Positions 26,172-38,500 of a stretch of DNA of 64,000 nt are shown in pieces. Source of the stretch: Vitrella brassicaformis CCMP3155 (lineage: Eukaryota > Protista > Chromerida); NCBI GenBank assembly GCA_001179505.1, contig CDMY01001000.1, positions 163,605-227,604 of the forward strand, in the 5' to 3' direction. Below the pieces are notes generated by a model. It did no database searches, was not told where the DNA came from, and worked only from the letters and a program-made list of their open reading frames with translations. Position numbers and translations under genes: made by a program. Numbering within the stretch: position 1 is the first letter of the stretch; each line of letters opens with the position of its first letter.

Positions 26172-26614
26172 CGCGACGAGAGGCTGCTGATGGCGTCACT
26201 GCACACACACAGAGGACACAGACAGAGCGATGAATGAGAGAGAGATCTGTCACTGCATCGATCTGTACGGCTTCTTTGTTGACCTCTTGAGTGCTGTTCC
26301 GTGTCTGCGTCCACTGGCGATGGATTACTGACGGATGGCGACAGCGCAGTGCCTGAGCACATCAGCAAGAAGACAGAATGAGTCGCCTCACAGATAGCCC
26401 TTATCGCCGGCTGCCTGAGGCCTCCATGACCCACCTGATGCCCCAAGACGGAGTCTGCGAGCTTAGCTGCCGACCGGGAAAGAAGTGTCCCGGCGGAACG
26501 GGCAAAGGAGCACAGCGGTGAGCCACAGAGAGGCAGCGCACACGTAGATTGCAAAGCAGAGCGAGATCAGTTGCATCATCGCCTCTCTGTGCTGTGTCGT
26601 GTGTGTCGCTGCAG

Positions 26615-26905
26615 GCATCATGACCACGTTTGGCCGCACGTTGGTCGGCCTCACTGTGTGGGGCGAGGGCAAGGCTTACAGGTCCCCTGCGGGTGAGCTG
26701 TTGTGTGACCGTCGTGGACAACGGACTGCTGAGGGAGGTGCGGCTGCCCGACAACAGCGGGGTGCGCTTCTTCGATGGCCCCATTAGCAACCGGCCGACA
26801 CTGCTGCCGTTGCCGCAAGGACCACCGAACAATCAGATGTAAGCAAGAAGGACACCTCAGTCTCAGTCATGCCGCAATTGTGGCTGATGATTGGCGCTGT
26901 GTCTG

Positions 26906-26940
<35 letters not shown>

Positions 26941-27283
26941 TGTGTGTGTCGTCGGCAGTCCCTTCATTGGCGGCGGCGCCACTCTGCGCCGTCGAACCGG
27001 CACACTGCCATCGTTTGGCTACCGGTATGAGGTGGTGGAGGAGGGCACCGGCAGAGTGCCCTCACTCAACGACACCGTCAAGTACGACTGGATTGAGTGG
27101 CGTGATGCATTCGACGGCCGGGACAAAGTATTCGATAGGCGTGGGGAGGTGTATCGTGTGTCTGTTTATAGTGGGTGGTTCCGTGAGGCATTGCTGGAGA
27201 TGCGTGAGGGGGAGGTCAGGCAGATCAAAGTGCCATACGGCAGAGGCCCCTACCGTCAGCTGCGGTTGGTCAGCATAGAGTAG
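26615..27283 (+). pseudogene. Variant module (VGLTVWG type) + FKBP-like domain, with a frameshift in the module
   Basis: GIMTTFGRTLVGLTVWGEGK...ELL / shift near 26703 / VTVVDNG...GVRFFD. A phase-2 intron leads to the intact FKBP exon 26959-27283. Confidence 0.65.
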
Positions 27284-27496
27284 GAGAGAGTCCCCACACA
27301 CACACATGTGGGGGCGGCTGTGTGTCACACACTCATGTGTGCGGCCGGGGGCTCGTCACTCGTCACCTGCCTGGCCGTGTGCTCTGGCTTTGAGCGAAGG
27401 AGTGAGTACGTTGGCTGTGTGTCTGTCTGTCTGCGATGAGTGGATGAGCGAGCGTCGTCTGGGTGGCCGCCTTGTTTATCGGTCGGCCGGCCACAG

Positions 27497-27530
<34 letters not shown>

Positions 27531-28589
27531 TGTGTCCGATCTCATTATGTCTGTCGCGCTGCGTTGAGAGGGGAGGGCTGCCGTCTCGGAATGTCTGTGT
27601 GCCGTTCTGCCTTTATCCTACCGGGTGAGTTGTAAGGGTGTCGGTCTGTCAGTTGGCTGGAGGCGACACACGAGTGGGTGCTGTGCTCTGTGTGTACCAT
27701 AGGCAGACTTTCGCTCAACCAAAGAGAGACAGCACACGACGGCTCACAGACTGGATGGGCCTCTTTGTGCCTGCCGTCGTCGGGATGGTTTATCTCTCAC
27801 CGTGTGTGTGTCTGTTGTCGCTGCCTTTGTCGCGTGTGCGTCTGCCAGACACTCAGGGCAACTTTGTGTCTGCCGTCAGTGTGCTGATGCTGCTGCCTGT
27901 GGGCCGTGCTGTTGGTCGAGAGAGCCTTTATTTCTCTCGGTGGTCGTGTTAACTCGCTAATGACAGGCAGCGATGACCACATTGGTTTTTTTTCATGGCA
28001 TTCATGGTGGCTTGGTGTTACACTGCCGCACACCTTTGTCTTCCTGTGGGTGTCTCTGATGGTCTCTTGAGACTCACAATCGATCGGCTGAGGTCTTTTC
28101 TGTCTGTGGTTGACGGCCGGCAGAGAACACGCCAGCCGATCGGCGCTGAGCCGCGAGAGACCACATAGACAGACACAACACATTCATGCAGATTGAATGT
28201 GGGTGGGTAAGTGTGTGTGGTGCCCTCTTATGCTATGTCCCTCACTGCAGACGGCTTCTCTGTCTGTGGTCGACCTCAGGCAGAGACACCGTCAGCCGAG
28301 GGGGGCTTAGCCAACAGAGAACATCAGCCATTCACACACACATGGAGGGGTGTGTGTTGACGATTTTTGTCTGTCGGGATTGGCGATCGAATGAGTGCAG
28401 ACATTTATTCACTCGACATCTGATCTGATCAAGCGATGGGTCTCCCACCAAATATAATGACACACATAAGAGTCAACCACCCACTCACCCACTCACAAAA
28501 CTCCCCTACTCATGCTCCATGGCTCGCTTCATCTCACAGACACCCACCACTCATCCATTCATCCATCTGTTTGGGTCGATCCATCACTG

Positions 28590-29461
28590 TCATGACGAGA
28601 GTATGGCGTTGAGTTTGATCTCCGAGTACTTGGGGCCCTTGAAGCCCGTCATCTCGGTCGGCACCACTATAAGACGCACCTCACCCACACTGACACGCAC
28701 ACAAGAGGCAGACATCGATGTGTGTGTGGATGGGTGGCTGCAGGCCGACTCACCGCATAGCTGTGAGTGCCTCTCTCTTCCAGTCGTAGGGCACGTCAGA
28801 CACACGCCACTGACGACGGGACTCCTCCAACCACCTGCACGCAACACACACATCCAGCCATCCATCCGTCGATATAGTGAGTGCACCTCTGTGTGAATGC
28901 ATGTGTGTGTACCTCTTCTGGCCATTGAATGTGTCACGCCAAGCCTTGTCATCGAACCTCACTGCACACCCACGCACATACGCATGGCGTCCGAATGCAT
29001 CAACGGGCGGTTCACGGACTCACTCACCCACTCACCCATGTCGTCGATTGTGGGCGATGGTCCCTCTCCGGGGGTCACGATCTGATAGAACGCGCCACTT
29101 GGTGCCTCAGTGAACCCTGCCAACACACTCCGACGGGCACTGCACACACACACAGAGCACTGATGGACACACAGCTTTTCTTTCTGCACGTGCGCGTCTG
29201 TGGTTGGCGTGTTCTTACGCGGTCTCGTCTTCGGTCTCAAAGCAGAATTTGATGTCCTGATAGAACTGTGGCTTGATGGGCAGCCTCTCGCCCTCAAAGT
29301 TGACCTCTATCGTATAGCCACCTGCATACACAGGTACGTGGATGTGCGTGGATGAGTCTTTGTTTGTGTCAGCGAGTGTGTTGTGCGCACCATATCCATC
29401 TCTGTAGACATTCCTGCCATCGAACAGCCCCACAGCACGCTCACCAACCGGCCATGGACTC
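28590..29461 (-). CDS. Intron-rich module + FKBP-like gene (putative progenitor)
   Basis: Exons about 29461-29391, 29321-29219, 29139-29036, 28961-28913, 28834-28754 and 28689-28590 splice in frame to ERAVGLFDGRNVYRDGYGGYTIEV...IKFCFETEDETAARRSVLAGFTEAPSGAFYQIVTPGEGPSPTIDDMVRFDDKAWRDTFNGQKRWLEE...DWKREALTAMRVGEVRLIVVP...YSEIKLNAILSS*. The 5' end is unresolved. Confidence 0.75.
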
Positions 29462-29970
29462 GCTGCACACTCACAGACACCACACACACAGAGAGAGAAA
29501 GAGATCCATTCATCCATCCATCAGTCTGCTTTGCTCAGCTCACTGCTCTTCTGCTGCTGCTCTGGCCATGCTGTCCATGGCTGCTGCGCCGTCACCATCG
29601 CCCTCCTTGTGTGCATCTGCCTCTGTTGCATCATCTGCAGGTGGCCGCTGCCGCTCCTTTGCTGCAGCAGGAAGGCACTCACGCATCCAGAGGACCACAG
29701 CAGCACGTGCCACACGACGAATCGGATGCTTATGGCTGCTGAGATCTGTATCCGCTCGCCGGCCTCCATCACGCAGCCCTCTCAGAAGCTTGGGATCTTG
29801 GGTGTCGAAAGTGCGAGCTGGAATGGCTTTTCCCCGCTAAGCTTGCAGACGAACTGGGCAAGAAGGAGAAGGCAGCGCGAAGGCTGGATGGCTTGATATG
29901 GCCAGAAGTGTGTAGATCTGTGCTTGCAACACACGCCTTCTCTGATATTGCTCTCGTTCTTTCGTTATGC

Positions 29971-30914
29971 ATGAGGATGCATGACGTGACATCAGCATCT
30001 CTCCTCCTGCTTTCCTTCATCGCCGGCATCTCCCTCGCCGATGGCTCTGCAGCCTCTTTGCATCCACGGCGGCCGTCCTCCTTCCTCCAGCCACTTCCTC
30101 CTTGCTGTCAGCAGCGGCTAAGGCTCACAACCACCCGGCTGCACGCAGAGGAGAGGCCACGCGCGAGGAAGAAGGTCGACTCTGCGTACTATCTGCCGTC
30201 AGATCCTGGGCAGTTCGTCAAGTCGGTAAGAAGCCCTGCGCGCTGACAGGTGCCTGACCGGTGAGATGAATGTGTGTTCGCTCGTTTCTGGTGTGGTATG
30301 TGGCCTGCTTGTCAGGTGGATAGCAAGCGTGTCAAGAGGAAGCCGAAGCTGGAGAGTGCATGGGACGAGCCGGAGCCGGCATATGCAGAAGAGCAAGAGC
30401 CGCAGGAGGAGTGGCCACCGGCGACAGCCACCAGGCCACCACCATCACCACAAGCAGCGGAGCCTGCCGAGAAGAAGAAGCCTTTGATGACTATATTCGG
30501 TATGATCGATATGGTTGAATGTGCACACACCCAACACGTGTGCCTGCCTGCCTATGTGTGTGTGTGTCAGGTGTGGATCTGTCAGTGCCTAGTGTGAGGG
30601 CTGCCTCCAGCAGAGGGAGGCAGGTCAGAGAGGCCATCGAGACTCTGCCCGCCACACCCAGCACACCCACCGCACCCATCCCACCAGCCCCACCGACCCC
30701 ACCGGCCAGACCAACCCCACCGGTCCCACCGTTGAGACGGATCGCACCGACGACACCGCGTGAACCCGGGGATCAGTACTATCAAGAGACGGTGCCTCGC
30801 GCGGCGCCTGATGCGTTTGTTACGAAGAGGCGACGGCCGCCTGCGGATATTACGTTTGAGAGATATGTGGTGGGCAGCAGGGCTGTCAGGAAGGCATATG
30901 CAGGTATGTATGGA

Positions 30915-30950
<36 letters not shown>

Positions 30951-31725
30951 TGCGTCCGTCAGGCCTTCTCGGAGGAGGATGCAGAAATCGCAGAGCTTGA
31001 GGCAGAGGTGAGGGAGAGGAAACCACACATGTGTTTATGTGTATCTGTGTGTGTTGCCTTGTGCTGTCTTGTCTGTGTGTGTGCAGGTGTCCGGTCTGCA
31101 GCGTGAGTTGTCTTCGATCAACGCGGCCGCAGCGGAGAATATGAAGCTCAAAGCTGAGCCGGGATTCTACTTCAAGTACACACACATGCACAGACAGACA
31201 GACAGACACGCAGAGACAGGCAGACAGCGACGATTGCTTGTGTCACGGTTGGTGTTGGTTCAGTGTTGAGTATCTGAAGGAGGAGATCGACATCAAGAAG
31301 GAACTGCTCAAGGCGCTCAAGAAGAAGAAAGACGAAAGAGGTGAGTACGTATGTGTGTACATATATGTACAAATGTGTACGAACGTATGCGTGTATATGT
31401 ATACAAACGTGTACGTGTACATGTACATGTACATATGTATGCGTGTACGTATGCGTCCATGTGTACATATATGTACGTATGACATATATGTACGTATGTA
31501 CGTATGTATGTATGTACATGTACATATTTGTATGTATAAATGTCTGTACGTTTGTGTATGCGACGTGTGTATGTGATCTGTGTCTCCGTTGCAGCTTTCG
31601 AAGTGGGCAGAATTGCCAAAAGGCATCGTAAGCAGCGGCTGAATGCGACACACACGCATCCATCCGTCCACACGCCGGTGTTCTGTATGTGTTGGTTGGT
31701 TCAGGTGACAAGGTGGATTTTCTGA
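29971..31725 (+). CDS. Putative plastid-targeted, Pro-rich and coiled-coil protein
   Basis: Signal-like SASLLLLSFIAGISLA, an S/R-rich transit-like stretch, a Pro-rich middle and coiled-coil exons (EDAEIAELEAEVRER; EYLKEEIDIKKELLKALKKKK). Confidence 0.55.
31341..31580. repeat. Intronic alternating purine-pyrimidine low-complexity tract (gtac/atgt/acgt units)
   Basis: Directly visible and distinct from the usual (GT)n introns. Confidence 0.85.
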
Positions 31726-32297
31726 TGCGAACCGAAGAGATCAGAATTAAGAGAGGACGCTTTTGACCCCCTGAGCGAAGAGAGTGAGTGAGTGAGTGAG
31801 TGAGCGATGTTGTTGGTGTGGATAGACTGACCGAGGCATGCGCATGCATACGGATGAGGCAATCGACTGACGAGCAGGCACTCATAGCTGTGCTGTGCAT
31901 GCCCTGACGCCAACAGACTTTGCAGGCGTATGAATGACTTTCCTTTACGACAAGGGTTCTTTGCGCTGCGCAAACTGTGTACGTGATTCCTGCAGGCAGT
32001 GACCAGGCAGACAGCCGACAAACCCAAATCACGGCCGGGTCATGTCAGTGTCTTGAGTATTTATTTGTCATGTCAGGCATGTACACGGGACAAAAAACTG
32101 ACTTGACAACACACTGTCCTTACACCATACACACACACAGAAACCACGAATCGCACACAAACATCAACAACGCATTCCCTCCTTTACTCGACACCGGAGG
32201 CACACAGTCAGCCAGTTAACGAGGGAGGAGCCCCGGCCACACACATGAATGTGTGGCACACACAGCCGCCCCAATGTGTGTGTGTGTGGACTCTCTC

Positions 32298-33949
32298 CTA
32301 CTCTATGCTGATCAAACGCAGCTGACGGTAGGGGGCATAATATCCGTTTGGCACTGTGATTCGCCTGATCTCGCCCTCCTTCATCGACAGCAACGCCTCA
32401 ATCAGCCACCCACGCAGATCAGACACACGCTTCACCAGCCCACGATCATCGTATGCTTTGACCCGGCCGTCGAATGCATCCCGCCACCCAATCTCGTCGA
32501 ACCTGACGCGGTCGTCGCGTGTGGGCGCTCTGCCGGTGCCCTCCTGCACCACCTCATATCGATAGCCAGATGGCAGTGTGCCAGTCCGAGGCGCCACACT
32601 GAGATGAACGGAACCAAGATGGCCAATTGCTGCAGTCTGCTCCCTGTTGGGCTTCACCTGGCCTGTGGTGTCGGTGTGTCCGTCTTGACGATGCCGTACA
32701 TGGCCGTGTTGATGTCAAATGGCGCCTGGTCCGTCTCGCCAGCCATCGTCAGGACGGCGGCCATGTCGGCCAGCGAGGCGCCGAGTCGCTTTCTGCGGTA
32801 GTAGTCGACCATGCGGCCGATGTGGTCGGGATCGACCACCTCCACCGCACGGCTGCTGGACCACCTGACGGCACACAAGCAGTGACCAGCACATCGGTGT
32901 GTCGTTGTGTGTTGCTGTGATGTGCTCACAGGTCAAATCGGTGGCTGAGTGCGATGTCGCCCATCTCGTCCACAGTGGACTGAGTGGTCGAGATGAGCTG
33001 ACCGCACACCTCGACCGACCGAATGGCATCGCCGCCACTCAGAGGCAGCAGAAAGGACTCGACGGCCTAAGACACACACAGCCACAACCATCAGACCAAC
33101 GGCCTCTCTCTCTCTCTCTCTCTCTCTCCCCCACCCTCTCTGCTCATGTCGTCACCTGAATCTCGTTGTCGAGGTTGTCGCGTCGTGTGTTGGCGGCCCG
33201 CAGCTGCCCCTCCAGCCGGGCCCTCTCAGCGGCATATGCCCTTACAATGCCCTCGAGCTTCCTGACTGTGTCGCCGCTGCCGGGAGGCATGTCAGTGGCC
33301 GTCAGCCGGGGCACAGAAGTGCCACTGTGAATGGCCTCTGTGGCATCCTTGTCGAGAGGCATCATCAACAACTTGACCCAGAAGCCATGGCGACCTGCAA
33401 CACACACACCACACACAGACAGCCAAAGGAATAATGACGACACAAGGAGAGTGTGTCATCGCCTTCATTGCCCTCACCCTTGTCGCGCTTGGCCACTTCA
33501 TTGAGCAGGTGGCCGACCGACGCCGCTTTGCCGGCGCTGCGAAGGGTCTCGGCGTTGAGGATGGCCTTGTGGACGGCCTTGAAGGCCTTTGGGCAGATGT
33601 CGACGAACACCCGCTGGCTGTCGTCCTTGACGAGTCGGACCTCCCAGCAGCCGCCGAAGAGGGCCGCCAGCAGAGTGCCCTCCACCCCCTCTCCCCGAGT
33701 CATGTGCTGCCGCCTGACGCTCATCAGATGGCCGCCCACATTCAGCAGCAAAGTGTCGTCAGGCGAGGCCGCCGAGGGGTCCGATGTGTGGTGCTGCTGC
33801 CTCTCTCGCTGGGCGTCCTCGTCAGCCTGGCGGATGTGTGCGTGCAGCTGGCTGATGGCGTCACCGATGGCTGTCACGGGCACGTGCAGCTCATTGAGAA
33901 TCGCATGGGCGCTGAATTGGTGAGCGACCAACTCGGCCTTCATCGTCAC
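32298..33949 (-). CDS. BTB/POZ-coiled coil-BTB-like-FKBP-like fusion, apparently intact
   Basis: All junctions I checked by hand are in frame: BTB1 (LLLNVGG...VFVDICP), GRHGFWVKLLM, a coiled coil, a BTB2-like region (IRSVEVCGQLISTTQST...PDHIGRMVDYYRRKR), then a phase-2 intron into SVAPRTGTLPSGYRYEVVQEGTG...YRQLRLISIE*. Confidence 0.82.
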
Positions 33950-34392
33950 ACCGCAACAGATCTCTCACCGGCAGTGGCTGAACCACACACAGACAGACCG
34001 ATACGAACGGATCTGTGTGTTTCTCTATTGCTTTTGCTTCGTCTTTCCCACCTGATGCTCGCGCCTGTCCCCTTTCAGCCCTTTGAGTAGCGGCAGCGGT
34101 TCCTGGCGGGGTTTCAGAGCCCTTTCGAGTGAGAGAGCGGTTTCACGGAATGAGTTCACTGCGAGCTTGACGGAAAGAAGGGAAACGGCGTGAGCTGAGG
34201 GCCGAACGGCGCATCATAGTGAGCTGAGTGGGCTGGTTGACCGACATCAGAAGTCGCTTTGGCAGATCACTCATCAGCCGCAGCGCAGTAGAGGTGAGCT
34301 CCTCCAAAACGAGAGAGAAGATCTGATGCGACGCGATGCGTCACTGTGGATGGGCGGCGGCATGTGTGTGTGTGTGTGTGTGCAGGAGGGCC

Positions 34393-35005
34393 ATGAGTGA
34401 CCGTGTTGTCGGACTGCTGGACGGCCATTTCGTCTATGCTGATGGCCATGGCGGCTATGCTGTGAAGGTTGAGGGCGAGCGGGTGGCCATCGACCCGTCA
34501 TTCAACAGAGATATCAAGTAGCACAAACACCAGCAGTGAGCGACCGAGCCGCACTCAGCCGTGTTGAGCATTTCTGATTTGGTGTGCCATTCTGTGTGTC
34601 AGGCCATCTGTCGCTGGTGCCAAGCGCCGCCGTCAGGACGATCACAACGGGCCACAGCAGCCGGCAGCAGCAGCAGCGGCGGCGGCCAGTGATAGCAACG
34701 GCATCACCATCCCTGAGGGCTTTGTGCGCCTCCCCACTGGCGCGTATCACAAGGTGGTAGAGGAGGGCACCGGCAGAGTGCCGACCCTCAATGACCGCGT
34801 CAAGTTCGACTGGATTGCGTGGCGCGACGCATTCGACGGCCAGAACAAAGCATTCGATGATCGTGGGTGGGTGATTCGTGTGTCTGATTGGGCTGAGTGG
34901 TTTCGTGAGGCGATGCTGTCGATGAGGGAGGGGGAGGTGAGGCGGATCCGCCTGCCAGACGTTGATATCCGCTACCGTCAGCTGCGGTTGATCAGCATAG
35001 AGTAG
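34393..35005 (+). pseudogene. Module + FKBP-like gene with a premature stop in the module exon
   Basis: MSDRVVGLLDGHF...FNRDIK* (TAG at 34519-34521); the FKBP exon 34603-35005 is still open. Confidence 0.7.
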
Positions 35006-36955
35006 GAGAGAGAGAGTGCACACACACACTCGTGTGTGTGGCCGGGGGCTCTTCACTCGTCGCCTGGCTGACTGTGTGCCTCGGTGTTGAGCGATGGAGT
35101 GAGCGTATCGTCATGGCTGTCTGTAAGATCTGTCTGCGATGAGTTTAGAAGCGAGTGAGCCGACGAGTTGCTTATCGGTCGGCCACTCACAACCTCTCTC
35201 GCTCTGTGTGTGTGTGTCTGTCTGTCTGTCTGTCTGATTGGTCTTCTTTTTGTCTGCTTGTTCGTCAAGTGATCTCTTCGTCCGCTGTGTGTGTGTGTGT
35301 CTGTGTCTGTCTCTACGCGTCTGTTTATATGGAGGTTGGAGTGTGGGGCGGTCAATTGAGCACCGGCGGGTCAGTCAGTCAGTCAGTCAGTCAGTCAGAT
35401 AAACGGCCTCTCCTCTCTTTCTCTACGCCCTGACAGATAGACAGACAGACAGCCATACAAAGAGACCTGTTGTGTTTGTTTGTCTGCATATGGCGGCCGC
35501 CCGACTGATAGACAGACAGCCGAGTGGCCCTACCTCTGTCTGTCTGTGTGCCTTTCCTTTGCACCGGTCGGCTGTGTCGACGGCCGACATGGTGTGTGCA
35601 GCCGCTGACTGACTGAATGGATAGCTGGCCAGCGAGAGGAACGGACGGAGGCACACACGACAGAGCAGCCGAGGGATTCAGACAGCCTGAAATGTGAGAT
35701 ACCCTTTTGAGCAGCCGGCCATTCTGATATGATGTTCGTTGGTGCTGCTGGACAGACAGACAGACAGCGGTGGATGGCTAGATGGTCCCTTCTCGGCAGC
35801 AGACTGCTTAGCTAGGGCGAGTGCCCTCTGGGGGGGGGGGGTGAGGGAGGTGGGGGTGTGTGTCGGCTGCATCTTCCTGACTGCTTAGATGTGTCGATAG
35901 CAAACGGATCGATGCGATTAATCCGATCAATGCAGTGAGACACATTATTGCATCTCGTCGACACAGTCAGTTTGATGGACACTGCCATGTAGAGTCGATG
36001 TCCACACGCACACACACATTCACCCCCGATGAGGTCTGCCTGCCGACAGTCACAGACACAGACACTAAGGAGATCAGCCGGCCGTCGCCCGCAGCCAGGC
36101 AGACATGCATTAAGTGGATGGATGGACGGGCGAGGGAAGTGGCTTCTGTGCCGCAATCATGCGTGGATGTATGTAGTTGTACAAGCAGGCGACAGCCGGT
36201 GACAACCGCCCAGAGCCGCCTTCGTTTCTCAACATTGTAACGTCAACTGATGGCAGACACACAAATACACACGGCAAGAGACGTGTGTGTATCTGTGTCT
36301 AGGTGGAGCGCTCGAAGTGGTCGGCATGGCACGCTCTGGATGGCCTGCCATGTCGCGAGGCGATGCACCAGTTTGTGAATATGATGGACAGGGTTGTGCC
36401 CGACTGGCGGGCGCATGCTAAGTGGGGGGATCAGGGACGATAGATAAGCCGTCATCGGCTGATAAGTCGTTTGCGCTATCTCTCTCTCTCTCTCCCTCTC
36501 TCTCTCTCCCTCTCTGCGTGCGTGGCGGGTGTGATTTGTGGGAGCGTTTTGTGTGTGAGATGGATGAGGGTACGAGAGCATTCATGGAACAAACAAATGC
36601 TACACCGAAAAAAGTCATCACGGTCCGATACAGCTCACGGCAGAGGACACTCACCCATCCCCTCATGACATGAGTGGACATCATGCACACCAACATCAGC
36701 GGCCTGATAAAAATGTGCGCTTTTCTTCATGCCCCTGCCCTTGCACACACGCTGGACAATTCACGACACATCCACGCATAGAGAGTGATATGGCTAGTAA
36801 AATCACAAGGCATTTCCTCTTTGCCACTCAAATCTCAGACACACAGTCAGCCAGACAACGAGGGAAGAGCCCCCGGCCGCATGCACACGAATGTGTGACA
36901 CACACAGCCGCCCCCACGTGTGTGTGAGTGTGTGTGTGTGTGGACTCTCTCTCTC

Positions 36956-36990
36956 CTACTCTATGCTGATCAAACGCAGCTGACGGAAGG
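36956..36990 (-). pseudogene. Orphan FKBP-cassette tail with its 3' flank
   Basis: PFRQLRLISIE* followed by the family flank, but preceded by unrelated sequence. Confidence 0.65.
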
Positions 36991-37272
36991 GAGGTACTTT
37001 CTGTGTCTTCCACCGCCCCCGGCTGGCACCGCCTCGCCGGCTCTCTGTTGTCAAGAACCGACCAAGAAGGTGAGAGCCGCCAGAGAGAAGACGCAGCAAT
37101 CAGCACGGCCACACCAGCGTCACATCCACACCAACCAAACAAGGCGACACCACCAAAACCAACAGGCTCTCTTTCGACCGGCAAGCGAACATCATCCCAG
37201 CACACACATTGACGGCACCATGGTTTGTAGACAGCAAGCATACACATACACACACATACACACACATACACA

Positions 37273-37314
<42 letters not shown>

Positions 37315-37481
37315 ACCTGCCACTATCTTCAGGCACCGGATGAGCGTCACGTGCACGCAGACCCTTTTTCCACTACCCCTACATACTCTCAGCTACCGAG
37401 GAACAGCCTTTGGTCGAGCTCTTCACCGACGCCTGGTGTCGCTTGAGCTGGTGGATGAGGGCGTGGTAGTGCTGCAGCGGC

Positions 37482-38500
37482 TCACGCAGCTTGGGGTATA
37501 GCACCACCCGAAGTCGGGGAAATTGGCGGAATCGCCTGGAAAATCGGCTGCGGGAGCGGCGAGGGATCGATCCCCGGCAGCCTGGGGCTGTAAGTCGGCT
37601 GCGTGATCGGCCGGAGCGGCGGGGGATCGATCCCCGGCAGCCTGGGGCTGTAAGTCGGCTGCGGGATCGGCCTGGGGCTGTAAGTCGGCTGCGGGAACGG
37701 CGAGGGATCGATCCCCGGCAGCCTCCCGCCGTCAGTCGGCTGCGGAATCTCCAAGACGACGTCCTCGATGCCGTATTGTCCGAAGGGGGTCTCATATACG
37801 TCGGCCCCCTGGGACGCATTGCTGTCCTTGACCAGCCACCTGCAGCAAAGAAACAGACAGACAGACAGACAGACAGACAGCCAAATAGAGAGAGGGAGAG
37901 AGAGAGAGACGGAGAGCCGAACAAAGTGCCTCCTCCTCACTTACATCAACTGGCCGTCTTCTGTTGTCTTATAGCCAAAGATCACCACTGCATGAGCGCC
38001 GGCAGGCGTTTGATAAGCGACTGAATCAAGGCAAAGTACAGAAGCCAGCATCTCGCTTGTTGTTGTTGCTGTTGGCTGTTGTTGCCGGTCACCTGACACG
38101 ACAGGCCCTGACCGTTTGAGAGACCTGAGGCCACATGAACAGAGGAGAAGAACAGAGCTCGTCGAAAGTGCGGCTGCGGCATTGGCTTTGCAGGCCGCTA
38201 CCTGCGGATCTCGTCTTGCCCCTGAAGGCGCTTTGGGGGGATTCCAGTCAGAGATTCCAGTACCTTCTCAGGATACCCCTCCCTCTCAGACCCGCAGTGA
38301 GGCATCGCCTGGGGAGGTACTGGAACCAGTCGAGTGTTGCTGGGGATGTTGCTACCCGACAGGAACCAGCACCTCAGTGCCGTGACCGCCGAGTGGAACC
38401 AGCACGTGCCGAGGTGTTGTTGGATGGGTTCCTCAAGGACCGGGCAGAGAGCAGGGAAGGCATCTCGGCAGTCGAAGCTTGGTGGCAGCCAGTCCGACAT
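37482..38500 (-). CDS. Minimal papain-like (C1A-type) cysteine protease with a Pro-rich repeat tail
   Basis: Exons 38500-38202, 38124-38093, 38020-37945 and 37839 onward splice in frame: LPPSFDCRD...PIQQHLGTCWFHSAVTAL...EIRRSLKRSGPVVSV...AHAVVIFGY...MWLVKDSN...FGQYGIEDV. Both ends are uncertain. Confidence 0.8.
37530..37745 (-). repeat. Coding tandem repeat (PQPTYSPR / LPGIDPSP units)
   Basis: Repeated gggatcgatccccggcagcct and gggctgtaagtcggctgcg units. Confidence 0.9.

Noticed and set aside
31172-32032. Long minus-strand ORFs rich in H/T/Y/V
   Set aside because: They are translations of the low-complexity intron tract.
37530-37745. Repeat array considered as CRISPR-like
   Set aside because: There are no unique spacers, the units are in-frame coding repeats, and the context is eukaryotic.
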